From positions 1 through 59,873 of IMG/VR virus record IMGVR_UViG_3300012943_000036: DNA of 59,873 nt. One strand, written 5' to 3'. Positions 18,551-29,198 of this stretch are shown one piece after another. The notes under the pieces are model-generated. The model was not told the DNA's origin and did not search any database. It saw only the letters and a program-made list of their open reading frames with translations. The position numbers were made by a program, and so were the translations under genes. This DNA comes from a virus. Lineage: Duplodnaviria; Caudoviricetes. The number at the start of each line of letters is the position of its first letter. Position 1 is the first letter of the stretch.

Positions 18551-19704
18551 TCCCGCCGTCAGTCTCGGCTAGTTCTCTGCTCGTCTCGGAGGCATGTACC
18601 GAGCGATGGAAAGCCGAGAACTTCTACAAGGCACCACAGGTCAGTTCCATGCCTGCTGACGTGGGTACGACGTGCCACTTCGCTCTCGAAGAGTTCGTCA
18701 AGGCTGTGTACCTGGAGAACAGGATCGAGTGGGACAATGTCGCGTATCTCAACGACATGTACCGTATCGGATACGTCCAGACCTTCGGTAACGCTGACTA
18801 CGACACTCCCGAGTTTGCAGATGGCGCAGACCTGATCGCCAAGTGGTACGAGCGCAATAAGCTCGGTCTGTACAACAAAGTCCTCTCGTGTGAGGTCAAG
18901 ACCAACTTCCCGATCAAGACGAAGGCTGGAGTCATCCCGTTCACGTACATCTGGGATCGGTGCGACCAGATCGACGAGACGACCTACGAGGTCGTGGACT
19001 ACAAGACTCTCCGGGCTCGGGTCACCGCCGAACAGCTCAAGCGCAAGATTCAACCTCGTGCGTACGCCCTGGCTGCTCAGATTCAGTTCCCGAACGCGGA
19101 GCGTATCTGGGTTAGCTTTGACATGCTCCGACACGACGGCATTGTCGGAACCGTGTTCACCCGAGACGAGAATGCCGCTACCTACCGCTATCTACAGCGC
19201 GCTGTAAACCGGATCATCGACACCGATGAGGACGCTACAGAGGAGCGGCTCAACGAGGAATGCAAGTGGTGCATCCGCAAGACCGTGTGCGAGACACTCC
19301 TCAAGGCCACCGAGTTCGGTTCCGTCCACGGTGCAACGCCTGACGAACTAGTCGAGAGGCGCTTCAAGGTGGCTAGCGCAGCACTGGCCCTCAAGTACGC
19401 ACAAGACGAGCTCGACAAGGCCCTGTTCTCGATTGCCGAGCACGACGACAAGACCGAGTGGGAGACAGACGACTTCAAGGTCGAGTTCACCGCTCGCAAG
19501 ATGCGCAAGGCAGATAGCCACGGCATCTCAGCCATCGTCGGGCCGGACATCGCGGCGAAGTACGGGAACTTCACGGTGACGAACCTGGACAAGCTTCTCA
19601 AGTCCAACGACATCACGCCCGAGCAGAAGAAGCAAGTCGAACGACACATCACGGCGTCGTTCTCCAGCCCGACTCCGAAGATCACCGAGAAGAAGGACAA
19701 GTGA
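18547..19704 (+). CDS. Cas4/RecB-like PD-(D/E)XK exonuclease
   Basis: GT..H..LE, WDRCD, VVDYKT, QxxxY, one N-terminal Cys plus CKWC..C. Confidence 0.88.
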   Translation: MIPPSVSASSLLVSEACTERWKAENFYKAPQVSSMPADVGTTCHFALEEFVKAVYLENRIEWDNVAYLNDMYRIGYVQTFGNADYDTPEFADGADLIAKWYERNKLGLYNKVLSCEVKTNFPIKTKAGVIPFTYIWDRCDQIDETTYEVVDYKTLRARVTAEQLKRKIQPRAYALAAQIQFPNAERIWVSFDMLRHDGIVGTVFTRDENAATYRYLQRAVNRIIDTDEDATEERLNEECKWCIRKTVCETLLKATEFGSVHGATPDELVERRFKVASAALALKYAQDELDKALFSIAEHDDKTEWETDDFKVEFTARKMRKADSHGISAIVGPDIAAKYGNFTVTNLDKLLKSNDITPEQKKQVERHITASFSSPTPKITEKKDK

Positions 19705-19985
19705 TGAAACTTCAAGATATGGACACGGGAGCTGAGCTCTGCATTACTCACGGACGCGAGATCAAGACGATGGCCTTTCGGGGTACCGGCTTCTGCTCGA
19801 TCAACTGCCGCAAGGAAGCAGGTGCCGATGTGTCGTCAGTGGGAGTCGTGATGTTCGTGACTCGTGAAGAGCGCGACAAGATCATGAAGGCCCGCGAGAA
19901 GAAGGCGCACCCCAAGCGGCAAGTGCCTAGTCCCATCGAAGATCTCGGATCCTCGATGGGTCACCCAGGCGGGCACTATGGCTGA
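19701..19985 (+). CDS. Hypothetical zinc-binding protein
   Basis: FCSINC motif; GTGA overlap. Confidence 0.6.
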   Translation: MMKLQDMDTGAELCITHGREIKTMAFRGTGFCSINCRKEAGADVSSVGVVMFVTREERDKIMKAREKKAHPKRQVPSPIEDLGSSMGHPGGHYG

Positions 19986-20214
19986 GATCCCCGACTTCGA
20001 GTTCGGCGAACTCCCGCCCGGTGTCGCCAAAGCTCTCGAGGGCTTAGAGCTGGATGGCCCTACACCGCTGGACACGCTAGCCATTGCTCAACATGAGGTC
20101 TGGTCTGCGTACTTGAGGGCGGGATTCCGCGAAGACCAGGGGCTGTATCTGACAGCTAGTTTCTTCCTGGGTTCCCCAGGACCGACGCCAGGCTCTCTGC
20201 CTTCTACTGAGTAG
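19978..20214 (+). CDS. Hypothetical protein, last gene of the + strand arm
   Basis: Converges with the late operon at 20204-20214. Confidence 0.6.
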   Translation: MAEIPDFEFGELPPGVAKALEGLELDGPTPLDTLAIAQHEVWSAYLRAGFREDQGLYLTASFFLGSPGPTPGSLPSTE

Positions 20215-20914
20215 TACACGTCACATCTTGTGACGGATTAGTCACAACGCAGGCGTAAGTCCTGTCAGGAGAGACTGGCGTCACTCCGGGGACCGTGAAG
20301 ACGAACGTGAACGGGAATGCGTCTTTTCCATCCGCTCCCGGCTGCCCGTCCTTGCCGTCTGCTCCAGGCGGTCCGGGCGGGCCTTGTTCTCCTTGAGGAC
20401 CCTGTGGGCCAACGTCTCCGGTGGAACCAGGAGTTCCAGAAGGCCCGGGACTTCCCGCGTCACCAGGCTGACCAGGCTGGCCCATATGACCTGCGGGACC
20501 GTCAGGACCGGGTACTCCCTGAAGTCCCTGTGGGCCTTGCGGTCCTTCCGGTCCAGGCGGGCCTTCTGTGCCTTGAATGCCTTGAACACCTTGAGGTCCA
20601 ATCTCGCCAGGAGAGGGCGCTACCGGGGTTGTACAGCCTTTTGTTCCAGGCTGCTTGTCCTTGCAGGCTTGGAACTGAGCGCGCTGAGCGGCTAGTGATC
20701 TTTCGAGATTCTCGATCCGAACGTCGCGTTCAGCGGCTGCCGCTTTGATCCCTGTAACTTCGGAGTGGGCATCATGCGCGTCACTGACAGCGAACCACAC
20801 ACCCCCAGTCAGGATCGCGCACGCTAGCCCTAGGGCTAGCAGCCAGCGCCCTAATCCCCGGCGCTCGTCGCGTAGGTGTCGTACGTTCTTTTCGACTTCC
20901 TCATTGCTTGTCAT
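20204..20914 (-). CDS. Membrane-anchored coiled-coil plus collagen-like protein
   Basis: N-terminal TM helix and about 30 Gly-X-Y triplets; ATG 20914. Confidence 0.8.
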   Translation of the reverse strand: MTSNEEVEKNVRHLRDERRGLGRWLLALGLACAILTGGVWFAVSDAHDAHSEVTGIKAAAAERDVRIENLERSLAAQRAQFQACKDKQPGTKGCTTPVAPSPGEIGPQGVQGIQGTEGPPGPEGPQGPQGLQGVPGPDGPAGHMGQPGQPGDAGSPGPSGTPGSTGDVGPQGPQGEQGPPGPPGADGKDGQPGADGKDAFPFTFVFTVPGVTPVSPDRTYACVVTNPSQDVTCTTQ

Positions 20915-21209
20915 TTGAGGCCTTGAACTCTTTGAGGATGGGATAGGCTGGCCGTTCTGGCGGGTCGATGCCGTTCTGCTTAAGTCCGTATTCGAGTTGA
21001 CCAGCCCAGTTTCTCCACCAGTCACGCTCATCTGTTGCGTTGTCCCGGTCTACCCAGGCTTCGTCGCGCTGGTCAACCAGCTGCTTAACGGTGTCCTTCT
21101 CTCGGGATCTTGCCCCGGTCTGTAATGCCTGAACTCCCTTGAAGATTGCAGTAAAGGTCGCAACTGCGCCTCCACCCAAGAGGAGAGTCAGTACATCTGC
21201 GGTCCCCAC
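20901..21209 (-). CDS. Single-pass membrane protein of the lysis cassette
   Basis: [11 protein letters not shown] followed by coiled coil. Confidence 0.7.
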   Translation of the reverse strand: MGTADVLTLLLGGGAVATFTAIFKGVQALQTGARSREKDTVKQLVDQRDEAWVDRDNATDERDWWRNWAGQLEYGLKQNGIDPPERPAYPILKEFKASNDKQ

Positions 21210-21212
21210 TGG

Positions 21213-21647
21213 CTACTCCTCATGCTTCGGGTAAACCTCACTTGCCTGCAGCTTAACACGCCTCACGTCCTTCCACCGTGCAAGCAAGCTGAAACCAAAC
21301 GAGATCAAGATCAAGCTGAACCCGGCGAGGTATAGGGCGTTCTTGTCATCCCTGTACGGCCACCAGGCCAGCGCGGCAGTTCCCCCATAGAACCACATTG
21401 TACTGGTGAGCAGGAAGATTCCACCATACTCACCAATCCACCTGTCAGTCCAAGACCCCCACAGACACATGAGCGCGGACGCGGTTAGACAAGCGGAGAA
21501 GGTGTACTGTACGTGAACACTGACTTGATCTCTGACCAGGGGGGCAGGCGAGATAGTCAAAAAGACCCCAGCGACGACGAGGCCCGCATACTTACAGATC
21601 CGCTCTACGCGGCGAATCTGATAGCGCTTTTCCATGTGAGGATCCAC
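21213..21647 (-). CDS. Four-TM membrane protein (lysis accessory or holin-like)
   Basis: Four hydrophobic segments; next to the lysin. Confidence 0.7.
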   Translation of the reverse strand: MDPHMEKRYQIRRVERICKYAGLVVAGVFLTISPAPLVRDQVSVHVQYTFSACLTASALMCLWGSWTDRWIGEYGGIFLLTSTMWFYGGTAALAWWPYRDDKNALYLAGFSLILISFGFSLLARWKDVRRVKLQASEVYPKHEE

Positions 21648-21675
21648 TGACCTCGTCGCCTAGGGGTGGCTGGTC

Positions 21676-22299
21676 TTACGCAGCCTTGTACTTCTTGTAG
21701 CGAGCCTTCATCTTGGCAAGGTCCTTCTGCAGCAGGTCGTGCAGCTTCGGGTCCTTGTCCTTGGCGTGAGCCTTGACAGCCTTGGTCACGTCCTTGATTG
21801 CCGCCTCGTAGTTGGCACCGAGGGTCGGGTGTACCGGCTTCGGCTTCGCGTTGAAGTCTGCGAAGTCGTAGCCGTTGAGCCAGGTCGCACCGAAGAGCCA
21901 GGTGTGGCCCCAATGGATCCTGTAGAACGAAAGCGGCACGATGCCGACGTGGCCCTTCTGGCCTGCGACGACATCGTTGGACTCGGTGAGGATGCCGTCT
22001 GGGTCTTCGAGATCGAAGCCATGACGGCGACCGAGGATGAAGAAGATGTGACCAGCCGGGTCAGCACCCTTCGTGTAGCCGACCATGCCTCGACGCAGAT
22101 CTGCGAGATGAGGCACGCGCTCCTTGGCGGGAGTCAGCTGACTTGCCGTGAAGGCGGTCGGCGCGAGTGACGGGATCTGACGAGCGTCGTGCTGAAGAGC
22201 CAGACACATGCGGAACCAGTTGTTACCGGCCCGCCTCTGGATGGTCAGCCAGTCCGCTGTCTCTCCGGTGGTCCGGCCTGCGAGCTTGACGTCAGCCAT
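21676..22299 (-). CDS. Putative endolysin (Cys/His peptidase-like)
   Basis: MCL ... GHI dyad-like motif, position beside the holin; ATG 22299. Confidence 0.6.
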   Translation of the reverse strand: MADVKLAGRTTGETADWLTIQRRAGNNWFRMCLALQHDARQIPSLAPTAFTASQLTPAKERVPHLADLRRGMVGYTKGADPAGHIFFILGRRHGFDLEDPDGILTESNDVVAGQKGHVGIVPLSFYRIHWGHTWLFGATWLNGYDFADFNAKPKPVHPTLGANYEAAIKDVTKAVKAHAKDKDPKLHDLLQKDLAKMKARYKKYKAA

Positions 22300-22489
22300 C
22301 GCCGGCCTCCCGAGCGGCTCTGACGGGATCGACAGCATCCTCGTCTTCGTCCTCGACAGTCTGGTAGTCCTGCTGGTCGGAGTCGTAGTCGTCACCCTGA
22401 TAGGGGTCAGGCACAGATCCGACCGGCTGGTCTACGAGAATGTCTTGGTGCTCCTCCGGGGTCATGTCTTCCTTGGGGGTCTCGCTCAT
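22292..22489 (-). CDS. Small acidic protein between holin and lysin
   Basis: ATG 22489 overlapping the holin stop; MSETPKEDMTPEEH. Confidence 0.6.
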   Translation of the reverse strand: MSETPKEDMTPEEHQDILVDQPVGSVPDPYQGDDYDSDQQDYQTVEDEDEDAVDPVRAAREAGDG

Positions 22490-22848
22490 GCCGCGAGGTC
22501 CAGGTTGTGCTGATCTGCCGGAAGAGGCTCGGTCCACTTGCGGTTGAAGGCGCCCCCACCGATGGTGACCAAGGTGATGATCGCAGCCTGGGTTGCGTCT
22601 GGAACGTGGAAGCTGAAAGCCGTGAACAAGATGAAGAACGCCTTGGTGAGTCCGACGAGGACTCCCAGCATCGTCTGCTTGGTGACGTATGCGGTATAGC
22701 AGCCTGCGAGGGCCACGACAACGGCCATGACGCCGCTGGCCATGTCTTGCGACAGGCCAGTGTGGAGCGTGAGGATCACGGCGAGGATGGCCTCCAGAAG
22801 GCCGATCCACACTGCTGGCTCACGTCCGAAGATGGTAGGTCCTGGCAT
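22486..22848 (-). CDS. Holin
   Basis: IFGREPA start typical of actinophage holins; four TM segments. Confidence 0.8.
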   Translation of the reverse strand: MPGPTIFGREPAVWIGLLEAILAVILTLHTGLSQDMASGVMAVVVALAGCYTAYVTKQTMLGVLVGLTKAFFILFTAFSFHVPDATQAAIITLVTIGGGAFNRKWTEPLPADQHNLDLAA

Positions 22849-22932
22849 GGGTCTTACCTTTCTTGTCGGGTATTACTTGGCTCAGGCTACGTTAAGGCTG
22901 CGGCTGCTGTCAATCACCATCGGATCTGTAAC

Positions 22933-23154
22933 CTACACAGGAGTAGTGATTGCCTGGATTGCAGCTCCGTCCCAATAGCCAAGAAGTTCCACGTCGGCAA
23001 GACCGGAGCCCGTCTCGTAGCCGAGCAATTCAGCAGGCAGGAGAGTAGTCCCGACCCAATAGAAGTGATCAGCTGCGAAACTGACAGCGTACTGTGTGTT
23101 CCAGAGTACGGTGTCAGTCTCAGTCCTTTCGGACTGAATCCAAGGGCGACTCAT
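22933..23154 (-). CDS. Small putative virion protein
   Basis: ATGA coupling; repeated ELLGY, WDG motif. Confidence 0.55.
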   Translation of the reverse strand: MSRPWIQSERTETDTVLWNTQYAVSFAADHFYWVGTTLLPAELLGYETGSGLADVELLGYWDGAAIQAITTPV

Positions 23155-24320
23155 GTCGTCGGAATCGCCACGACGACATTGTTAGGACTGTTCGAGTTGT
23201 TTGCGAGATACCCGAAAGGCCCATAGATCGCGTTGTTCGAGCCTGAGTGATTCATCGGCAGAAGCTTGAAGTCCTGACTGTCATGTGAGTTGACGGTGTA
23301 AAGCGGGGCGGTCGAGACAACAGTGTCCTGGAAGTCAGGGTTCACGTATCCCGCGAACTCGAAGTTGGCGAGCCGACCACGATGTCCTCCGAGGTCTTCA
23401 ATCACGACATACGGGTGCGTCTCGTAGTTGCCGTCAGCATTGATGCGACCGACATTCATCGCGCCAGCAGCTCCATTAGCCGGAGTTGCAAGTGTCTGAA
23501 GTTTCGCATTCACCCAGGAGCTCGTATCAGCAGCATTACGGCTCACCTGAACTAGCAGATCGAGAGGGAACGAACTTGCGATTCCAGTCACATTGTTTCC
23601 GCCAGCGACGACAGCCGGGATCGTGTCTGCAGGATCGTAGGGAACCAAGTCTCCCATGAAGAAATACTGACGAGCCGACCCGAGAGTAGCCGAGTCAGGA
23701 GTCGCCTCATTGTAGTGAGGACCCTCCAGACTTATGAAGATGTGTTCCTTGCTGACGGACACAATGCAGTGGACGACAGCCGAAGCTGTACCAGCAACCG
23801 CCCGGAAGTACAAGTACTTCTCAGCCTTGTCGGTGCCACCGTTCGGCAGTCCCGTGTGGGATCGCCAGCAAGCCATATTCAAGCCGACGAATGATGGAAT
23901 CCTGATCTCATCGTCCATGAGATCGAAGATCATGTCGGCACCACGAGTCGTCGTGGACTTGAGGAGCTCAGATCCCCAATAGACATTAGTGCCTGTGTTG
24001 TGCGCGTACACCAGGTTGTTGACCATCGTGACCGTCGTCGAGGCGAACGACGCAACTGTCGCGTACTCGCAATCGGCTGCACCCTTCTCGCCGATACGCA
24101 GGGTCTGGCCAACGAAGATCCCAGCACCAGCCGGAACGCCAGCAGTGAAGGTCATGACCTTCTGAGCAGCAGCTGCGTTAGCAGTGTTGGTCATCAAGGC
24201 GACCGTCGAGCTGATCTTCGACCATGACGCGCAGGTGAGGATCTTGTCGAGCAGATCGCTGATCAGCGTCTGGTGGGTCGAGTCAAACTCGAAGTACTCG
24301 ATGTCGGTCAAGGCGGTCAT
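23151..24320 (-). CDS. Putative minor tail/virion protein
   Basis: Beta-rich 389-aa ORF in the tail module. Confidence 0.65.
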   Translation of the reverse strand: MTALTDIEYFEFDSTHQTLISDLLDKILTCASWSKISSTVALMTNTANAAAAQKVMTFTAGVPAGAGIFVGQTLRIGEKGAADCEYATVASFASTTVTMVNNLVYAHNTGTNVYWGSELLKSTTTRGADMIFDLMDDEIRIPSFVGLNMACWRSHTGLPNGGTDKAEKYLYFRAVAGTASAVVHCIVSVSKEHIFISLEGPHYNEATPDSATLGSARQYFFMGDLVPYDPADTIPAVVAGGNNVTGIASSFPLDLLVQVSRNAADTSSWVNAKLQTLATPANGAAGAMNVGRINADGNYETHPYVVIEDLGGHRGRLANFEFAGYVNPDFQDTVVSTAPLYTVNSHDSQDFKLLPMNHSGSNNAIYGPFGYLANNSNSPNNVVVAIPTT

Positions 24321-24991
24321 GCTTCGGCTCCTGCATCGTCTGTCGAGAGATCCCGACCCTTGTAGAGGAATGAATCTGAAAGCTGGAAGGTGTCGTACTC
24401 TTGTGTTTCTAGATCGTAGTACTCAGAGGTGATTCCGTCAAGCCCGGTCGGGTCTGTCGGAGGTGTATCTGTAATCAGTACGTCGTCAATCCTGACGCCA
24501 GTAGAGCTGCTGATCCAGAATCCTACTGTTGTTGCTGTCTGGTTGAACGAGTCGTCAATCGTATTCCGGTACACTCCGTTATCACTCCAGATCGAGATCT
24601 TCGAGCCCAGAGCGCTAACCCTCATGATCTGACCAGACGGAACAGCTGGTGTCGGGATGGTAATGACGTTAGTTGCGACTGTAGCGACACGCCTCTGAAG
24701 AATCAAACTGTTACCCGAGGTACCCCAATACCAGAAGTTGTTGACATCAGTCCATCGGAACAGGAATCCAGTCGAGTTTGATCCAACGATAGCGAACGTT
24801 ACGGTTGCATCCAGGTCAGCAACACCTGGTGCCGTTATCTCCGAGTTTGCGACACTGGCTGAGGTGTAAAGTTGATTACCGTTGATTCCCCATGTACCAG
24901 TGCGAACTGTATACGGTCCGCCGACAACTGGTGACCCGACAACTGTCGAGCTGTTTGCACGATTGAAGTCGTCTTGCAGGATTGTTGTCAT
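24317..24991 (-). CDS. Lectin-like minor tail protein
   Basis: DDFNRAN start; beta-sandwich composition. Confidence 0.6.
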   Translation of the reverse strand: MTTILQDDFNRANSSTVVGSPVVGGPYTVRTGTWGINGNQLYTSASVANSEITAPGVADLDATVTFAIVGSNSTGFLFRWTDVNNFWYWGTSGNSLILQRRVATVATNVITIPTPAVPSGQIMRVSALGSKISIWSDNGVYRNTIDDSFNQTATTVGFWISSSTGVRIDDVLITDTPPTDPTGLDGITSEYYDLETQEYDTFQLSDSFLYKGRDLSTDDAGAEA

Positions 24992-26586
24992 ACGAGCTTC
25001 CTGTACACGATCTGACCGGTAATAAGCCCAGCGGTAGCGGGATCCTCGCCAACATCTAGCAGTACGACCTTCGAGTTGTTGCTGATCGCATCCTGGACGA
25101 AGGCAGTCGTTGCAATCGAAGTGTCATCATCACCCGAGGTGGGCGTCGGCGCCTTCGGATCGCCCGTAAGAACTGGTGACGCAAGCGGCGCGTACCCCTG
25201 AGCCTGCACATATGCAGTCGTAGCAATGCTGGTGTCGTTGTCTGCTGTCGACGGAGTCGGCGCGGTCGGATTACCCGTGAAGACCGGACTAGCCAGCGGA
25301 GCCTTCAGTCCAAGCGATGTGGCAATCGTCGTTGCGAAGTTCGGATCGTTACCAAGCGCCGCTGCGAGTTCATTCAGTGTGTCGAGTGCTGACGGCGACG
25401 AGGCTACTAGCGCGGCAACCGCTGCTGCAACAAAGGCGGTCGTTGCAACCTGTGTCGTATTCGTCCCGGTGGTCGCTGTTGGAGCGGTCGGCGTACCCGT
25501 GAGAGCGGGTGAAGCGAGCTTCGCGTACAGCGCAAGGTTTGCCTGTACGAATGCAGTCGTTGCAATGCTCGTGTCGTTGTCTGCCGTCGCAGGCGTCGGA
25601 GCCTTTGGGTCACCCGTGAAGATGGGACTGGCTAGAGCGGCGTACGCTTGCGCCTTGACGAACGCCGTAGTTGCAATCGACGTGTCGTTATCAGCTGTTG
25701 CAGGGGTTGGCGCCTTTGGATCGCCAGTGAACGTAGGACTTGCAAGCGCCGCCTTCTCCGTGTCAAGTTCATGGATCGCTCCGTGTACGTCGGTAGCAGC
25801 GATGTTGCCGTCAGGCGTGTAAGGAACGTCAGCAGCCTCATCAATCGAGGCGCCACCTACGCCACCGAAGCCCCATTCGACTTCGTTCGTCTCTGGGTTC
25901 GTGACGAGGTACAGCTTGTCGGCGCGCTTGCTTGGCTCAATCGACTCGGGGTAGATGCGCTCAGGGACGAACGGTGCATCAGTAGTAGAAAGAAGGAACT
26001 CCATCTCGCTGATTACGACTGTACCCGGACCATTGCTATCCCAGCCGTCAAGCTCGCCATAGGCGTGATGATATATCCCGAACCCAGACTCAGGACCGTT
26101 GCGAGCCCTGTCCAGCCATTGGGTGATGCTCGTGATGTAACTGTTGAAGTAAGGATTAGCGAGGTCAATGGTTACCTCGTAGTCACCAGGGCCTGTGATG
26201 TCGAAGTAGTAGTTCGGATCGTCAAAAGTCTCAGGACCCCAGGCCGTGTACGAACTTGACGGAGACGTGAACTGGACACCAGGGTTGTCCGCAGCGAGGT
26301 TCCAGAACAGGACATGCTCCCTAGGAGACGTACTGCCTGTGATCGAGTCAACCTTGATTCGAAGGACAAACTTATTCAGAAGACCACGGTATGAAGCGTT
26401 GTAAAGGTCGTTAGCGACGTCCGAGTCGAATACGAACTTGAACGCCCCATCCTGCGACCACTGCCACGACGAACCTGTTGTGTCGGGGAATCCACCCGAG
26501 TCGTTAGAGATTCCGCCGAGACTTCCGTCAGGGAACGCGTCTGGACCAGCCTCCGTCGAGGCATAGATCGGAATCTTGTATTCCAT
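24988..26586 (-). CDS. Tail fibre protein with P2 gpH-like repeats
   Basis: Five LASPxxTGxPxAPT..IATTAFV repeats and LDTLNELAAALGNDPNFATT. Confidence 0.8.
   Translation of the reverse strand: MEYKIPIYASTEAGPDAFPDGSLGGISNDSGGFPDTTGSSWQWSQDGAFKFVFDSDVANDLYNASYRGLLNKFVLRIKVDSITGSTSPREHVLFWNLAADNPGVQFTSPSSSYTAWGPETFDDPNYYFDITGPGDYEVTIDLANPYFNSYITSITQWLDRARNGPESGFGIYHHAYGELDGWDSNGPGTVVISEMEFLLSTTDAPFVPERIYPESIEPSKRADKLYLVTNPETNEVEWGFGGVGGASIDEAADVPYTPDGNIAATDVHGAIHELDTEKAALASPTFTGDPKAPTPATADNDTSIATTAFVKAQAYAALASPIFTGDPKAPTPATADNDTSIATTAFVQANLALYAKLASPALTGTPTAPTATTGTNTTQVATTAFVAAAVAALVASSPSALDTLNELAAALGNDPNFATTIATSLGLKAPLASPVFTGNPTAPTPSTADNDTSIATTAYVQAQGYAPLASPVLTGDPKAPTPTSGDDDTSIATTAFVQDAISNNSKVVLLDVGEDPATAGLITGQIVYRKLV
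25085..25750 (-). repeat. Five imperfect intragenic tail fibre repeats
   Basis: Visible in protein and DNA (GTTGCAAT..GTGTCGTT copies). Confidence 0.85.
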
Positions 26587-29198
26587 CAGGATTCCTCGTT
26601 AGGCTGATAAGTCACACGTAGAGCTACGTAGGTGATTCTCATGTCACCATCGAGATCTCCTGGGTGCGAAGAATCTCCCTGGTACAACTCGCTGATCGCA
26701 AACCCGCTACCTGGATTGTACTCGACATGTCCGAGCTCGATCATCTCTTGCGAGATGTATTCCACGAAGGGGCCGACTGTTTTCGGATCCAAGCCACCGC
26801 CGACACCATAAGGGAACTGCAAAGGAGTTACACACTCTACATACCCGGAGTCATACCCGACAGTCAGATAGTTGATATTGACGCCCGAGGTTGCAGGGTC
26901 CGATGTCTCACCTGATGCGTAGATCAACACCTTGCATCCGGCTGCTAATACGTCGGCTAGAACTCCCGAGCCTAGAGCATGTGTCCACGATCCTGACGTA
27001 GAAGTATTCCTGAATGGTACTGCAGCGCTACCCGAGATAGACGGGTTCCATACCCACATGTCAGCCTCGTCGGTACTCATGAGCACCACGTTCAGGCTAA
27101 GACCGGCTAGCCCCGAGAAGCCTCCGTAGGTGAAGGTCTGGATATTGAAGATTGGAATATCAGTCTCAGTTGTAGGCGGAAGCGTGAACCGCAACGAGTC
27201 GGTTCGGAACATCGAAGGCGTACCGGAAGGAACGGATGGCCCGGAGCCAGATTCAAGTTTTCCGCCCATGCCCACGACGGGGTTTACGCCAGCCGAAGTG
27301 TCATCAACAGCCGCCTTGATAGCGAGTCCGACTGGAGACATGTCGGTCGTATACATCGGAGACTCAGTGTCGACATTGACCCAATAGGCACTGTCGATGT
27401 ATCCGTAATCCGGGTAAGTGTTGTACTCGTCAGCGTCACGACGGGTGACCTGTGCTAACCATCCGTCGGTCTTGAATCCATGCGCGGCTGCATACGGAGC
27501 ACTAACTGTACGCGCGTCCTTGCCCTTGCTAACTACTACAAGCGAGGTCGTCAAAAGCTTTCCGGGGATGATAGTAGCGGGAAACTTGACACCAATATTC
27601 CATCCCCAAGTGCCACCGTTTCCGCCACCGAACTGACCCCAGACATAGGAACCGTCGCCGTCATTGACTCCGAGGCATCCGGTTCCGCCTACATAACCTC
27701 CGCTGGAACCAGCGTGATTATAGGAAGAAAGAACGGTAGCAGGAATATCCATCGTTACAGGCAGCATAGGAAGAACGTTCTCATCCCATGCGTACTTAAC
27801 GGTAATACGCCGACCTGGCTTGAGGATCTGCAACGGATCGAGCACAGTCACGGTGTATCCAGTTGGATCAAGTTCCCAGCTCGTGTCGTCGAACTCGAAC
27901 CCGCCACCCCAATAGACGTGAATACTTTCTTTGATAGCAGAGTGTTTCAAGCTAATCGTCTGAGAAGTAGCGAGCTCGGAGACTACTGTGAAGTCATAAT
28001 CGAAGTTCGCAGCGCCCGACCCTGAGCCAGCATCGAAAACACTTTCAGCATGAGCGGGTGAACCGCTCACAAAGTCGATGATCCACCAGTCGTTAGGATG
28101 ACCAGCTACCCGGACGACATCTGCATTCGTGTCTGCGGCCAGGGATGAGAAGTTCGGAACAGTCTGACCAACAACCGTTGTGACGACTTCACTCTTGTCG
28201 ATCGACAAGAGCAGCGAACTCAGTGTGATCTCGCACGCATTCACTGTGTCGCTGTAGCCCCCGCCGTTGGCTGTTACACTAGCCTGAGCTGTCTCATCCG
28301 GGAGGGCGAGGCTGTATTCGAGAATGTCACCATCAGTCGTCTCGGTGACAGTGAAGGTAATATTCGTGTCGTCACGAACAACACGAGCCTTATACCAAGT
28401 GTCAGGAACAACAATTCCACTCTGGATAGGGATTGTCGTCTCATCCCCACCGAGGTTGCTATCCAGTCCACCTGGACCAGTCGATCCAACGTAGCCGGCT
28501 GCGATAAAGACTTTCCAGGTAGTTCCGTCATGCCAGAAGTGTAGCGCTTCTGCGTTAGCGACACTTGTGAGTGACGAGAGGAGAACGGGTGGATCGAATG
28601 GACTGGTGTATGTGAAGTCGCCTGCTACGAGCTCTGTGAACTTGAACCACACCTCAGCTGATCCTGTTGCATAAGGCTGAGGATCGTAGTTACCGTCTTC
28701 TGTGTAAATGTAGATCTGTTCGTAAGCCTCGTAGTCCGACGAGTTGCCAGCCCCGTTCTGGCCACCCTCTACGCCGTTGTGTCCGTCGTGCCCAGCAACG
28801 ATCTTGCCGTAGGCGTAGACATCTCCACCACCAGCTCCACTGGTAGTCGTGTCGTAGTCCAGTGGGTCGTTGTAGTCGCCGATAGTCTCAGCGTCGATAT
28901 CCGCTGACAAGTCTTGAGTCGAGACAACAGTGTTCGTGTCCGTGATCGGAGTCGCTTCGAGATTCGTTCCATCAGGAAGGTTGTCAACGATCGTGGTAGT
29001 CGGAATCTTATCCAGACCAAAGTGAGCCGGAACAAGATTAGTGTTCCCTGGAAACAGAACCTGTGCGATCTGGGCACCGAGGTCGACAGACCAAACTCGG
29101 CCTACACGAATGTCAGGCCTCTGCTTGTTGATCTCTTTGGTAACAACCTTCTGGAGAACGCGGCGAAGATCACTAGCCTGCTGCATGCCCTCAGCCAT
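26586..29198 (-). CDS. Large minor tail/receptor-binding protein
   Basis: About 870 aa, Gly/Ser/Thr/Asp rich, follows baseplate genes. Confidence 0.7.
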   Translation of the reverse strand: MAEGMQQASDLRRVLQKVVTKEINKQRPDIRVGRVWSVDLGAQIAQVLFPGNTNLVPAHFGLDKIPTTTIVDNLPDGTNLEATPITDTNTVVSTQDLSADIDAETIGDYNDPLDYDTTTSGAGGGDVYAYGKIVAGHDGHNGVEGGQNGAGNSSDYEAYEQIYIYTEDGNYDPQPYATGSAEVWFKFTELVAGDFTYTSPFDPPVLLSSLTSVANAEALHFWHDGTTWKVFIAAGYVGSTGPGGLDSNLGGDETTIPIQSGIVVPDTWYKARVVRDDTNITFTVTETTDGDILEYSLALPDETAQASVTANGGGYSDTVNACEITLSSLLLSIDKSEVVTTVVGQTVPNFSSLAADTNADVVRVAGHPNDWWIIDFVSGSPAHAESVFDAGSGSGAANFDYDFTVVSELATSQTISLKHSAIKESIHVYWGGGFEFDDTSWELDPTGYTVTVLDPLQILKPGRRITVKYAWDENVLPMLPVTMDIPATVLSSYNHAGSSGGYVGGTGCLGVNDGDGSYVWGQFGGGNGGTWGWNIGVKFPATIIPGKLLTTSLVVVSKGKDARTVSAPYAAAHGFKTDGWLAQVTRRDADEYNTYPDYGYIDSAYWVNVDTESPMYTTDMSPVGLAIKAAVDDTSAGVNPVVGMGGKLESGSGPSVPSGTPSMFRTDSLRFTLPPTTETDIPIFNIQTFTYGGFSGLAGLSLNVVLMSTDEADMWVWNPSISGSAAVPFRNTSTSGSWTHALGSGVLADVLAAGCKVLIYASGETSDPATSGVNINYLTVGYDSGYVECVTPLQFPYGVGGGLDPKTVGPFVEYISQEMIELGHVEYNPGSGFAISELYQGDSSHPGDLDGDMRITYVALRVTYQPNEES

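Noticed and set aside
18547-19704. Cas4-like gene as evidence of a CRISPR system
   Set aside because: No cas1/cas2 or repeat-spacer array; solo Cas4-like nucleases are common in actinophages
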